In this document: positions 41,901-57,200 of the stretch, piece after piece
Numbering within the stretch: the first letter of the stretch is position 1
Layout: every line of letters starts with the position of its first letter
Assembly: GCA_964016885.1 (NCBI GenBank)
Contig: OZ024741.1
Coordinates: 14,632,001-14,696,000, forward strand
DNA length: 64,000 bases
Direction: 5' to 3'
Source: Eledone cirrhosa
Taxonomy: Eukaryota
Program-made: the position numbers and the translations under genes
Notes under the pieces: generated by a model
The model's database searches: none
What the model was told of the DNA's origin: nothing
Seen by the model: the letters and a program-made list of their open reading frames with translations, nothing else

Positions 41901-44900
41901 AACCTACTATACTAACTCACCAATTATATTAACCTACTATATTAACTCACCAATTATATTAACGTGTTGTACTAACTCACCAAGTATATTAACTTACTAT
42001 ACTAACTCACCAATTATATTAACCTACTATAGTAACTCACCAATTATATTAGCCTTCTTTACTAACTCACCAAGTATATTAATTTACTATGCTAACTCCC
42101 CAATTATATTAACCTACTATACTAACTCGCCAATTATATTAACCTACTATACTAACTCCCCAATTATATTAACCTACTATACTAACTCGCCAATTATATT
42201 AACCTACTATACTAACTCACCAATTATATTAACCTACTACACTAACTCACCAATTATATTAATCTACTATACTAACTCAAAAGTATATTAATCTTGTATA
42301 CTAACTAACCAAGTTTATTAACCCACTGTACTATCTCACCAAGTATATTAACCTACTATACTAACTCACCAAATATATTAACCTATTATACTAACTCACC
42401 AAGTATATTACGCTACTTTACTAATTCACCATGTATATTCACCTTCTATACTAACTCAACTATTATATTAACATTCTGTACTAACTGACCAAGTATATTA
42501 ACCTACTATACTAACTCACCAAGTATATTAACCTACTATAATAACTAATCAAGTATATTAACCTACTATACTAACTCACCAAGTATATTAACATACTATA
42601 CTAACTGACCAAGTATATTAACCTACTATACTAACTGACCAAGTATATTAACCTTCTGTACTAACTCACCAATTATATAAACCTACTATACTAACTCATC
42701 AGTTATATTAACCTACTATACTAACTCACCAATTATATTAATTTTATGTACTAACTCACCAAGTTTATTAGCCTACTATACTAACTCACCAAGTATATTA
42801 ACCTTCTGTACTAACTCACCAATTATATAAACCTACTATACTAACTCATCAGTTATTTTAACCTACTATACTAACTCACCAAGTATATTAGCCTACTATA
42901 CTAACTCAACAAGTATATTAACCACTATACTAACTCACCATGTATATTAACCTACTATACTAACTGACTAAGTTTTTTAACCTACTATACTGAACTCACC
43001 AAGTATATTAACCTATTACACTAACTCACCAAGTATATTAACCTACTATACTAACTCACCAATTATATGAACCTACTATACTAACTCAACAACTATATTA
43101 ACCTTCTGTACTAACTCACCAAGTATATTAACCTACTATACTAACTCATCAACTATATTAACCCACAGTCCTGACTCACCAAGTATTTTAACCTACTATA
43201 CTAACTCACCAATTATATGAACCTACTATGCTAACTCAACGAATTATATTAATCTTCTGTACTAACTCACCAAGTATATTAACCTACTATACTAACTCAC
43301 AAAGTATATTAACCTACTATACTAACCACCAAGTATATTAACCTACTATACTAACTCACCAAGTATTTTAACATACTACACTAACTCACCAAGTATATTA
43401 ACATACTATACTAACTCACCAAGTATATCAACCCACTATACTAATGAACCGAGAGTATTAGGCTTCTGTACTAACACACTAAGTATATTAACCTACTATA
43501 GTAACTCACCAATTATATCCACCTACTATACTAACTCGCCAATTATATTAACCTACTACACTAACTCACCAATTATATTAACCTTCTGTACTAACTCGCC
43601 AATTATATTTAACTACTGTACTATCTCACCAAGTATATTCACCTCCTATACTAACTCACCAATTATATTAACCTTCTGTACTAACTCACCAAGTATATTA
43701 ACCTACCATACTAACTCACCAAGTATATTAACCTACTATACTAACTCACCAAGTATATTAACCTACTATAATATCTCATCAAGTATATTAACCTACTATA
43801 CTAACTCACCAAGTATATTAACCTTCTATAATAAGTCACAATTATATTAACCTACTATACTAACTCACCATGTATATTAACCTACTATACTATCTCACCA
43901 ATTATATTAATTTTATGTACTAATTCACCGAGTTTATTAGCGTACTATAATAACTCACCAAGTATATTAACCTACTATACTCACTCATCAATTATATTAA
44001 CCTACTATACTAACTCACCAATTATATTAACCTACTATACTAACTCACAACGTATTTTAATTTACTATACTAACTCACTAAGTATATTAACCTACTATAC
44101 TAACTCACCAAGTATATTAACCTACTATACTAACTCAACTAGTATATTAACCTACTATACTAACTCACCAAGTATATTAACCTATTATACTAACTCACCA
44201 AGTATATTAACCTACTATACTAACTCACCAATTATATTAACCTACTATACTAACTCACCAAGTATATTAACCTACTATACTAACTCACCAAGTATAATTA
44301 CATACTATACTAACTCACCATATATATTAACCTACTATACTAACTCACGAAGTATATTAACATACTATACTAACTCAGCAAGTATATTAACCTATTATAC
44401 TAACTCACCAAGTATATTAACCTACTATACTAACTCACCAATTATATGAAACTACTATACTAACTCAACAACTATATTAACATTCTGTACTAACTCACCA
44501 AGTATATTAACCTACTATACTACCTCACCAAATATATTAACCCACAGTCCTAACTCACCAAGTATTTTACCTACTATACTAACTCACCAATTATATGAAC
44601 CTACTATACTAACTCAACAAATTATATTAATCTTCTGTACTAACTCACCAAGTATATTAACCTACTATACTAACTCACCAAGTATATTAACCTACTATAC
44701 TAACCACCAAGTATATTAACCTACTATACTAACTCACTTAGTATATTAACATACTATACTAACTCACCAAGTATATTAACATACTATACTAACTCAACAA
44801 GTATATTAACCAACTATACTAATGAACCGAGAGTATTCCCCTTCTGTACTAACACACTAAGTATAATAACCTACTATAGTAACTCACCAATTATATCAAC

Positions 44901-47900
44901 CTACTATACTAAATCGCCAATTATATTTACCTACTACACTAACTCACCAATTATATTAACCTTCTGTACTAACTCGCCAATTATATTTACCTACTGTACT
45001 ATCTCACCAAGTATATTAACCTACTATACTAACTCACCAATTATATTAACCTATTATACTAACTCACCAAGTATATTACGCTACTTTACTAACTCACCAA
45101 GTATATTCACCTTCTATACTAACTCGCCAATTATATTAACCTTCTGTACTAACTCACCAAGTATATTAACCTACCATACTAACTCACCAAGTATATTAAC
45201 CTACTATACTAACTCACCAAGTATATTAACCTACTATAATAAATCATCAAGTATATTAACCTACTATACTAACTCACCAAGTATATTAACCTTCTATAAT
45301 AAGTCACAATTATATTAACCTACTATACTAACTCACAAATTATATTAATTTTATGTACTAACTCACCAAGTTTATTAGCCTACTATACTAACTCACCAAG
45401 TATATTAACCTACTATACGAAATCACCAATTTTATTAACCTTCCCTACTAACTCACCAAGTATATTAACATACTATACTAACTCACAAGTATATTAACCT
45501 ACTATACTAACTCACCAATTATATTAACCTACTATACTAACACACCAATTATATGAACCTACTATACTAACTCAACAACTATATTAACCTTCTGTCCTAA
45601 CTCACCAAGTATATTAACCTACTATACTAACTCACCAAATATATTAACCCACAGTCCTAACTCACCAAGTATTTTAACCTACTGTACTAACTCACCAATT
45701 ATATGAACCTACTATACTAACTCAACAAATTATATTAATCTTCTGTACTAACTCACCAAGAATATTAACCTACTATACTAACTCACCAAGTATATTAACC
45801 TACTATACTAACCACCAAGTATATTAACCTACTATACTAACTCACCAAGTTTATTAACATACTATACTAATTCACCAAGTATATTAACATACTATACTAA
45901 CTCACCGAGTATATTAACCAACTATACTAATTAACCGAGAGTATTAGGCTTCTGTACTAACACACTAAGTATATTAACCTACTATAGAAACTCCCCAATT
46001 ATATCAACCTACTATACTAACTCGCCAATTATATTAACCTACTACACTAACTCACCAATTATATTAACCTTCTGTACTAACTCGCCAATTATATTTACCT
46101 ACTGTACTATCTCACCAAGTATATTAACCTACTATACTAACTCACCAAGTATATTAACCTACTATAATAACTCATCAAGTATATTAACTTACGATACTAA
46201 CTCACCAAGTATATTACGCTACTTTACTAACTCACCAAGTCTATTCACCTTCTATACTAACTCACCAATTATATTAACCTTCTGTACTAACTCACCAAGT
46301 ATATTAACCTACCATACTAACGCACCAAGTATATTAACCTACTATACTAACTCACCAAGTATATTAACCTACTATAATAACTCATCAAGTATATTAACTT
46401 ACGATACTAACTCACCAAGTATATTAACCTATTATACTAACTCACCAATTATATGAACCTACAATACTAACTCAATAATTATATTAACCTTCTGTACTAA
46501 CTCACCAAGTATATTAACCTACTATACTAACTCACCAAGTATATTAACCCACAGTCCTAACTCACCAAGTATGTTAACCTACTATACTAACTTACCAATT
46601 ATATGAACCTACTATACTAACTCAACAAATTATATTAATCTTCTGTACTAACTAACCAAGTATATTAACCTACTATACTAACTCACCGAGTATATTAACC
46701 TACTATACTAACCACCAAGTATATTAACCTACTATACTAACTCACCAAGTATATTAACATACTATACTAACTCACCAAGTATATTAACATACGAAACTAA
46801 CTCACCAAGTATATTAACCAACTATACTAATGAACCGAGAGTATTAGGCTTCTGTACTAACTCACTAAGTATATTAACCTACTGTAGTAACTCACCAAGT
46901 ATATTAACCTACTATACTAACTCACCAAATATATTAACCTACTGTACTAACTCACGATGTATATTAACCTACTATATTAACTCACCAATATATTAACCTA
47001 CTATAATAACTCACCAGTTATATTAACCTACTATACTAACTCACCACGTATTTTAATATACTATACTAACTCACCAAGTATATTAACCTACTATACTAAC
47101 TCACCAAGTTTATTAACCTACTATACTAACTCAACAAGTATATTAACCTACTATACTAACTCACCAAGTATATTAACCTATTATACTAACTCACCAAGTA
47201 TATTAACCTACTATACTAACTCATCAATTATATTAACCTACTATACTAACTCACCAAGTATATTAACATACTATACTAACTCACCAAGGATATTAACCTA
47301 CTATACTAACTCCCCATATATATTAACCTACTATACTAACTCACGAAGTATATTAACCTACTATACTAACTCAGCAAGTATATTAACCTATTATACTAAC
47401 TAACCAAGTATATTAACCTACTATACTAACTCACCAAATATATTAACCCACAGTCCTAACTCAACAAGTATTTTAACCTGCTATACTAACTCACCAATTA
47501 TATGAACCTACTATACTAACTCAACAAATTATATTAATCTTCTGTACTAACTAACCAAGTATATTAACCTAATATACTAACTCACCAAGTATATTAACAT
47601 ACTATACTAACTCACCAAGTATATTAACATACTATACTAACTCACCAAGTATATTAACCAACTATACTAATGATCCGATAGTATTAGGCTTCTGTACTAA
47701 CACACTAAGTATATTAACCTACTATAGTAACTCACCAATTATATCAACCTACTATACTAACTCGCCAATTATATTAACCTACTACACTAACTCACCAATT
47801 ATATTAACCTTCTGTACTAACTCGCCAATTATATTTACCTACTGTACTATCTCACCAAGTATATTAACCTACTATACTAACTCACCAATTATATTAACCT

Positions 47901-50900
47901 ATTATACTAACTCACCAAGTATATTACGCTACTTTACTAACTCACCAAGTATATTCACCTTTGATACTAACTCACCAATTATATTAACCTTCTGTACTAA
48001 CTCACCAAGTATATTAACCTACCATACTAACTCACCAAGTATATTAACCTACTATACTAACTCACCAAGTATATTAACCCACTATAATAACTCATCAAGT
48101 ATATTAACCTACTATACTAACTCACCAAGTATATTAACCTCCTATAATAAGTCACAATTATATTAACCTACTATACTAACTCACCAATTATATTAATTTT
48201 ATGTACTAACTCACCAAGTTTATTAGCCTACTATACTAATTCACGAAGTATATTAACCTACTATTCTAACTCACCAATTTTATTAACCTTCCCTACTAAC
48301 ACATCAAGTATATTAACCTACTATACTAACTCACCAAGTATATTAACATACTATACTAACTGAACAAGTATATTAACCTTCTGTACTAACTCACCAATTA
48401 TATAAACTTACTATACTAACTCATCAGTTATATTAACCTACTATACTAACTCACCAAGTATATTAGCCTACTATCCTAACTCAGCAAGTATATTAACCTA
48501 CTATACTAACTCACCATGTATATTAACCTACTATACTATCTCACTAAGTATATTAACCTACTATACTAACTCACCAAGTATATTAACCTATTATACTAAC
48601 TCACCAAGTATATTAACCTACTATACTAACTCACCAATTATATGAACCTACTATACTAACACAACAACTATATTTACCTTCTGTACTAACTCACCAAGTA
48701 TATTTACCTACTATACTAAATCACCAACTATATTAACCCACAGTCCTAACTCACCAAGTATTTTAACCTACTATACTAACTCAGCAATTATATGAACCTA
48801 CTATACTAACTCAACAAATTATATTAACCTTCTGTACTAACTCACCAAGAATATTAACCTACTATACTAACTTAACAAGTATATTAACCTACTATACTAA
48901 CCACCAAGTATATTAACCTACTATACTAACTCACCAAGAATATTAACATACTATACTAACTCCACCAAGTATATTAACATAATATACTAACTCACCAAGT
49001 ATATTAACCAACTATACTAATGAACCGAGAGTATTAGGCTTCTGTACTAACACATTAAGTATATTAACCTACTATAGTAACTCACCAAGTATATTAGCCT
49101 ACTATACTAACTCACCAAATATATTAACCTAATGTACTAACTCACGAAGTATATTAACCTACTATATTAACTCACCAAGTATATTAACCTACTTACTAAC
49201 TCACCAATTATATTAATTTTATGTACTAACTCACCAAGTTTATTAGCCTTCTATACTAACTCACCAAGTATATTAACCTACTATATTCACTCATCAATTA
49301 TATTAACCTACTATACTAACTCACCAATTATATTAATCTATTATACTAACTCACCACGTATTTTAATTTACTATACTAACTCACTAAGTATATTAACCTA
49401 CTATACTAATTCACCAAGTATATTAACCTACTCTACTAACTAACCAAGTATATTAACCTACTATACTAACTCAACAAGTATATTAACCTATTATACTAAC
49501 TCGCCAAGTATATTAACCTACTATACTAACTCACCAATTATATGAACCTACTATATTAACTTTCTGTACTAACTAACCAAGTATATTAACCTACTATACT
49601 AACTCACCAAGTATATTAACCTACTATACTAACTCATCAAATATATTAACCTTCTGTACTATCTCACCAAGTATATTAATCTACTATACTATCTCACCAA
49701 TTATATGAACATACTATACTAACTCAACAACTATATTAACCTTCTGTACTAACTCACCAAGTATATTAACCTTCTGTACTAACTCACCAATTATATTAAC
49801 CTACTATACTAACTCACCAAGTATATTAACCTACTATACTAACTCGCCATATATATTAACCTACTATACTAACTCACGAAGTATATTAACCTACTATACT
49901 AACTCAGCAAGTATATTAACCTATTATACTAACTCACCAAGTATATTAACCTACTATACTAACTCACCAATTATATGAACCTACTATACCAACTCAACAA
50001 ATTATATTAATCTTCTGTATTAACTCACCAAATATCTTAACCTACTATACTAACTCACCAAGTATATTAACATACTATACTAACTCACCAAGTATATTAA
50101 CCTACTATACTAACTCACCAAGTATATTAATTGTATGTACTAACTCACCAAGTTTATTAGCCTACTATAATAACTCACCAAGTATATTAACCTACTTTAC
50201 TCACTCATCAGTTATATTAACCTACTATACTAACTCACCAATTATATTAACCTACTATACTAACTCACCAAGTATTTTAACCTACTATACTAACTCACCA
50301 AGTATATTAACCTACTATACTAACTGACCAAGTATATTTAACTACTATAATAACTCATCAAGTATATTAACCTACTATACTAACTCACCAAGTATATTAA
50401 CCTTCTATACTAACTCACAATTATATTAACCTACTATACTAACTCATCAATTATATTAATTTTATGTACTAACTCACCAAGTTTATTAGCCTACTATACT
50501 AACTCACCAAGTATATTAACCTACTATACTCACTCATCAATTATATTAACCTACTATACTAACTCACGAAGTATATTAACCTTCTGTACTAACTCACCAA
50601 GTACATTAACCTACTATACTAACTAACCAATTATATTAACCTACTATACTCACTCACCAATTATATTAACCTACTATACTCACTCACCAATTATATTAAC
50701 CTACTATACTAACTCACCAAGTATATTGACCTACTATACCAACTCACCAAGTATATTAACCTACTATACTAACTAACCGAGAGTATTAGCTTTCTGTACT
50801 AACTCACCAAGTATATTAACCTACTATACTAGCTCACCAAGTATATTTACCTACTATACTAACTCACCAATTATATTAACCTACTATACTAACTCAACAA

Positions 50901-51780
50901 TTATATTAATCTTCTGTACTAACTCACCATGTATATTAACCTACTATACTAACTCAATCCGTATATTAACCTACTATACTAACTCCCCAAGTATATTAAC
51001 CTACTGTACTAACTCACCAAGTATATTAACCTACTATACTAACTCACCACGTATATTAACCTATTATACTAACTCACCGAGTATATTAACCTACTATACT
51101 AACTCACCAAGTATATTAACCTACTATACTAACTCACCAAGTATATTAACCTACTATACTATCTCACCAAGTATATTAACCTACTATACTAATTCACCAA
51201 GTATATTGACCGACTGTACTAACTCACCAATTATATTAAACTACTATACTAACTCACAAATTATATTAACCTACTATACTACCTCACCAAGTATATTAAC
51301 CTACTATACTAACTAACCGAGATATTAGCCTTCTGTACTAACACAGCAATTATATTAACCTACTATACTAACTCACCATTATATTAACCTACTATACTAA
51401 CTCACCAATTATATTAACCTACTATACTAACTAACCGAGTGTATTAGCCTTCTGTACTAACTCACCAAGTATATTAACCTACTATATATTAACCTACTAT
51501 ACTAACTCACCAATTATATTAACCTACTATACTAACTCACCAATTATATTAACCTACTATATTAACTCACCAATTATATTAACCTTTTGTACTAACTCAC
51601 CAATTATATTAACCTACTATACTAACTCACCAATTATATTAGCCTACTGTACTAACTCACCAAGTATATTAATTTACTATACTAACTCGCCAATTATATT
51701 AACCTACTACACTAACTCACCAATTATATTAACCTTCTGTACTAACTCGCCAATTATATTAACCTTCTGTACTAACTCAC
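20941..51780. repeat. 30-bp satellite DNA array (~1030 monomers), consensus TCACCAAGTATATTAACCTACTATACTAAC
   Basis: Continuous head-to-tail 30-bp period with substitutions and occasional 29/31-bp monomers; degenerate lead-in from ~20880. Confidence 0.98.
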
Positions 51781-51958
51781 CTCTGGAAACTTACGCTTTA
51801 TCTCGATCAGACGAACGACAACAACCCGAAACACCAACAGTTTCATACGAAAGAAGAAGATTAGGAACGAAATCACTGTCTTCCTTGTTATCTTCGGATA
51901 TTTCTTTTATAGACATTTCGTCTGTACATTTGTATGTATGTATGTATAAAGTATGTTG

Positions 51959-52350
51959 GCCTTTGTTTAGGCCGAATTCTGGGAGAAGGAAAACTCTGAT
52001 ATAACACCTGCAACTCTGATGGTATCCAATGATGTTGACTTGTTCTTCTTTTTGGTAAATATCATCTTGTTTAAGAGAGTGGGACTGGCTTTGTGCAGTG
52101 CCTTTGCTCACTATAAAAGCTTCACGACACAGGCATTGCTTTATATTTGGAGATCTCTCTACACTTGTCGTCACATGGTACCATGGGCCCTGCACTATGT
52201 GTCAATAATGGTCACAAGTGTAGTCTTTGTGCCAGAGTTTTCAAGTCGCTGGCTGGACTAAAAAGTCACACTCGATCAGCGCATCGGTAGGGGTTCTCCT
52301 ACATGGATATAAAGTAGTGGCCGTACTCGAAAGCGAGTTGGCAGCCACCA
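51959..52350 (+). mobile_element. RTE-derived non-autonomous element (family A), copy 1
   Basis: Direct-orientation match to 53054-53435. It contains GGAGAAGGAAAACTCTGATAT and a C2H2 remnant HKCSLCARVFKSLAGLKSHTRSAH, and is followed by (TATG)n. Confidence 0.75.
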
Positions 52351-52471
52351 TATATGTATGTATGTATAAAGTATGTATGTATGTATATATGTATATATGT
52401 ATGTATGTATATATGTATATATGTATGTATAAAGTATGTATGTAGACATTCCTATGTATGTATGTATGTAT

Positions 52472-52775
52472 GTTAAACCACTGGGAGTGAAGGACTCTAG
52501 CCTTTATCAGGGCATTCTTCTAGAAGAAGGCAACTCAGGAAATTGGGATAACTCCGATATAAAACCTGCGGCTCAGTAGTTGCCGATGATGTTGACCTTT
52601 TCTTCTTTTCGGGTTATTGCTACTGTCGCTCAGAGAGTGGTATTGGCTCAGTGCACAGTCTTTCCTCACTTTAAAATATATGCACAGGGATTGCACGATA
52701 GAATTAATTAATAATTATTAATAATGGTATATCGTGCAATGGCCATACTCGATAACGAGGGGGCATCCATCATCA
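52472..52775 (+). mobile_element. RTE-related non-autonomous element (family C), uninterrupted copy
   Basis: Matches 12111-13021 (minus). It shares the ACTCYGATATAAMACCTGC...GATGTTGAC...AGAGAGTGG and TGGCCRTACTCGA motifs with family A and has a (TATG)n tail. Confidence 0.75.
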
Positions 52776-52841
52776 TGTATGTATGTATGTATGTATGTAT
52801 GTATGTATGTATGTATGTATGTATGTATGTATGCATGTCAG

Positions 52842-53010
52842 GTCACCTGTTGGTGCTACTGGTAACATGTATCCCAGTACAACCTCTCTCATGGTCGGGT
52901 CGTTGACGACTAAACTGGCAACCCCACCAAGGTTTCTTGGTGAGGAGGGTGACTTTGGACATCCTGCAGGACTAAAAACAAAACTTGTCAAAGGGCGAAG
53001 GAGCTCTTAA
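52842..53010. mobile_element. Short interspersed repeat (family D), second copy
   Basis: Reverse complement of 13490-13643 with one indel. Confidence 0.7.
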
Positions 53011-53053
53011 GAATCAATGGCCATCGAAAATCACCGGGAGAGATGACCCCTTA

Positions 53054-53435
53054 GCCTTTGTCAAGGCAGAATTCTAGGAGAAGGAAAAATCTGATATAAC
53101 ACCTGCAACTCTGATGGTATCCAATGATGTTGACCTGTTCTTCTTTTTCGTAAATATCATCTTGGTTAAGAGAGTGGGACTGGCTTTGTGCAGTGCCTTT
53201 GCTCACTCTAAAAGCTTCACGGCACAGGCATCTGGAGATCTCTCTGTACTTGTCGTCACATGGTACCATGGGCCCAGCACTATGTGTCAATAATTGTCAC
53301 AAGTGTAGTGTTTGTACCAGAGTTTTCAAGTCGCTGGCTGGACTAAAAAGTCACACTCGTTCAGCGCATCGGAAGGGGTTCTCCTACATGGATATAAAGT
53401 AGTGGCCGTACTCGAAAACGAATTGGCAGCCACCA
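53054..53435 (+). mobile_element. RTE-derived non-autonomous element (family A), copy 2
   Basis: Contains HKCSVCTRVFKSLAGLKSHTRSAHR, like the C-terminal C2H2 of RTE-clade ORFs, and has a (TATG)n tail. Confidence 0.75.
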
Positions 53436-53453
53436 TGTATAAATGTATGTAAG

Positions 53454-53492
<39 letters not shown>

Positions 53493-53779
53493 GTATATAT
53501 GTATGAATATGTATACGGTTGTACGTATGTACGTACGTATATATGTATATACATGTATGCATATATATGTATGTATGTGTGTATGTATGTATGTACGTAC
53601 GCAAGTCTGTGTGTATTTATGTAGGTATGTATATATATATGCCTGAATGCGTATATACGTATGTACGTACATATGTATGTATGTATGTATATGTATTCAT
53701 GTATATGTATTCATGTATATGTGTGTATTCATATGTATGTATATGTACGTATGTGTATGTATTACGTATGTATGTATGT

Positions 53780-53846
<67 letters not shown>

Positions 53847-53960
53847 TATATTCTAGCATGTTCGTATATATGGCTGGCTGGCTGGTCAGATGTAGGTATG
53901 GATCTATGTAGAGATGCCTGTAGGTATGTATGTATGTATGTATGTATGTACGTCAGTCTG
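53436..53960. repeat. (TATG)n/(TA)n microsatellites
   Basis: Visible directly in the sequence. Confidence 0.9.
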
Positions 53961-54244
53961 TATGAATTTATGTAGGCAGGTATATATGTGTATTTACTGG
54001 CGGTGGATGAGTGATGGAACATGTTTCTTGGTAATCCCCAATTGAGAAAGAAACTGTTTTGCAAAGGAAGCAAATTGGCACTTGATTTACCATTAGTCTT
54101 GGAGAAGTTGTGTTGGCTTAGATACCTGATAAATATCTTGATTCTCTCTTGGTTGTCGCTTAGACAACACCTATTAAATAGCATTTATATGTGAGGAACA
54201 TCAGGTTTAGAAGTGAGGAGGATAGATGAATTGTTGGACAGATA

Positions 54245-57200
54245 GAGAGAGAGAGGCGAGGAGATAGATATATAGATGGAGAGTGAGAGAGAGAGAGAGA
54301 GACGAGGAGATAGATATATAGATGGACAGTGAGAGAGAGAGACGAGGAGATAGATATATAGATGTACAGTGAGAGAGAGACCAGGAGATAGATATATAGA
54401 TGGAGAGTGAGAGAGAGAGACCAGGAGATAGATATATAGATGGAAAGTGAGAGAGAGAGACGAGGAGATGGATATATAGATGGACAGTGAGAGAGAGAGA
54501 CGAGGAGATAGATATATAGATGGAGAGTGAGAGAGAGACGAGGAGATAGATATAGAGATAGAGAGTGAGAGAGAGAGAGAGACCAGGAGATAGATATATA
54601 GATGGGCAGTGAGAGAGAGAGAGACCAGGAGATATATATATAGATGGAGAGTGAGAGAGAGAGAGACGAGGAGATAGATATATAGATGGACAGTGAAAGA
54701 GAGAGACCAGGAGATAGATATATAGATGGAGAGTGAGAGAGAGACCAGGAGATAGATATATAGATGGAGAGTGAGAGAGAGAGACCAGGAGATAGATATA
54801 TAGATGGACAGTGAGAGAGAGAGAGACCAGGAGATAGATATATAGATGGAGAGTGAGAGAGAGAGAGACCAAGAGATAGATATATAGATGGGGAGTGAGA
54901 GAGAGAGAGACCAGGAGATAGATATATAGATGGACAGTGAGAGAGAGGGATCAGGATATAGATATATAGAGGGAAAGTGAGAGAGAGAGACGAGGAGATA
55001 GATATATAGATGGAGAGTGAGAGAGAGAGAGACCAGGAGATAGATATATAGATGGAGAGTGAGAGAGAGAGAGACCAGGAGATAGATATATAGATGGTGA
55101 GTGAGAGAGAGAGAGAGACCAGGAGATAGATATATAGATGGAAAGTGAGAGAGAGAGACGAGGAGATAGATATACAGATGGAGAGTGAGAGAGAGAGAGA
55201 CCGGGAGATAGATATATAGATGGAGAGTGAGTGAGAGAGACCAGGAGATAGATATATAGATGGAAAGTGAGAGAGAGAGACCAGAAGATAGATATATAGA
55301 TGGGCAGTGAGAGAGAGAGACGAGGAGATAGATATATAGATGGAGAGTGAGAGAGAGAGACCAGGAGATAGATATATAGATGGAGAGTGAGAGAGAGAGA
55401 GACCAGGAGATAGATATATAGATGGAAAGTGAGAGAGAGAGAGACCAGGAGATAGATATATAGATGGAGAGTGAGAGAGAGAGAGACCAGGAGATAGATA
55501 TATAGATGGAGAGTGAGAGAGAGAGAGACCAGGAGATAGATATATAGATGGAAAGTGAGAGAGAGAGACCAGGAGATAGATATATAGATGGGCAGTGAGA
55601 GAGAGAGAGACGAGGAGATAGATATATAGATAGAGAGTGAGAGAGAGAGACCAGGAGATAGATATATAGATGGAGAGTGAGAGAGAGAGAGAGACCAGAA
55701 GATAGATATATAGATGGAAAGTGAGAGAGAGAGACGAGGAGATAGATATATAGATGGAGAGTGAGAGAGAGAGAGACCAGGAGATAGATATATAGATGGA
55801 GAGTGAGAGAGAGAGAGACCAGGAGATAGATATATAGATGGAAAGTGAGAGAGAGAGACCAGGAGATAGATATATAGATGGAGAGTGAGAGAGAGAGAGA
55901 CCAGGAGATAGATATATAGATGGACAGTGGGAGAGAGAGACCAGGAGATAGATATATAGATGGGCAGTGAGAGAGAGAGACGAGGAGATAGATATATAGA
56001 TGGAGAGTGAGAGAGAGAGACCAGGAGATAGATATATAGATGGAAAGTGAGAGAGAGAGACGAGGTGATAGATATCTAGATGGAGAGTGAGAGAGAGAGA
56101 GACCAGGAGATAGATATATAGATGGGGAGTGAGAGAGAGAGAGACGAGGAGATAGATATATAGATGGAGAGTGAGAGAGAGAGACCAGGAGATAGATATA
56201 TAGATGGAAAGTGAGAGAGAGAGACGAGGAGATAGATATATAGATGGAGAGTGAGAGAGAGAGAGACCAGGAGATAGATATATAGATGGAGAGTGAGGGA
56301 GAGAGAGACCAGGAGATAGATATATAGATGGGGAGTGAGAGAGAGAGAGAGACGAGGAGATAGATATATAGATGGACAGTGAGAGAGAGAGAGACCAGGA
56401 GATAGATATATAGATGGAGAGTGAGAGAGAGAGAGACCAGGAGATAGATATATAGATGGGGAGTGAGAGAGAGAGAGACGAGGTGATAGATATATAGATG
56501 GAGAGTGAGAGAGAGAGACCAGGAGATAGATATATAGATGGAAAGTGAGAGAGAGAGACGAGGAGATAGATATATAGATGTGGAGTGAGAGAGAGAGAGA
56601 CCAGGAGATAGATATATAGATGGAAAGTGAGAGAGAGAGAGACGAGGAGATACATATATAGATGGAGAGTGAGAGAGAGAGAGAGACCAGGATATATATA
56701 TATATAGATGGAGAGTGAGAGAGAGAGACCAGGAGATAGATATATAGATGGAAAGTGAGAGAGTGAGACCAGGAGATAGATATATAGATGGGCAGTGAGA
56801 GAGAGAGACTAGGAGATAGATATATAGATGGGGAGTGAGAGAGGGAGACCAGGAGATAGATATATAGATGGAGAGTGAGAGAGAGAGAGACCAGGAGATA
56901 GATATATAGATGGAAAGTGAGAGAGAGAGACCAGGAGATAGATATATAGATGGGGAGTGAGAGAGAGAGAGACGAGGAGATAGATATATAGATGGACAGT
57001 GAGAGAGAGAGACCAGGAGATAGATATATAGATGGAAAGTGAGAGAGAGAGACGAGGAGATAGATATATAGATGGAGAGTGAGAGAGAGAGAGACCAGGA
57101 GATAGATATATAGATAGAAAGTGAGAGAGAGAGACGAGAGGATAGATATATAGATGGAGAGTGAGAGAGAGAGAGACCAGGAGATAGATATATAGATGGA

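Noticed and set aside
20941-51780. 30-bp repeats as a CRISPR array
   Set aside because: Monomers are head-to-tail with no unique spacers, there are no cas genes, and the context is eukaryotic.
53193-53402. Host C2H2 zinc-finger gene
   Set aside because: It is a single finger with no TGEKP linkers, embedded in a repeat present twice in the window with retroelement-type tails.
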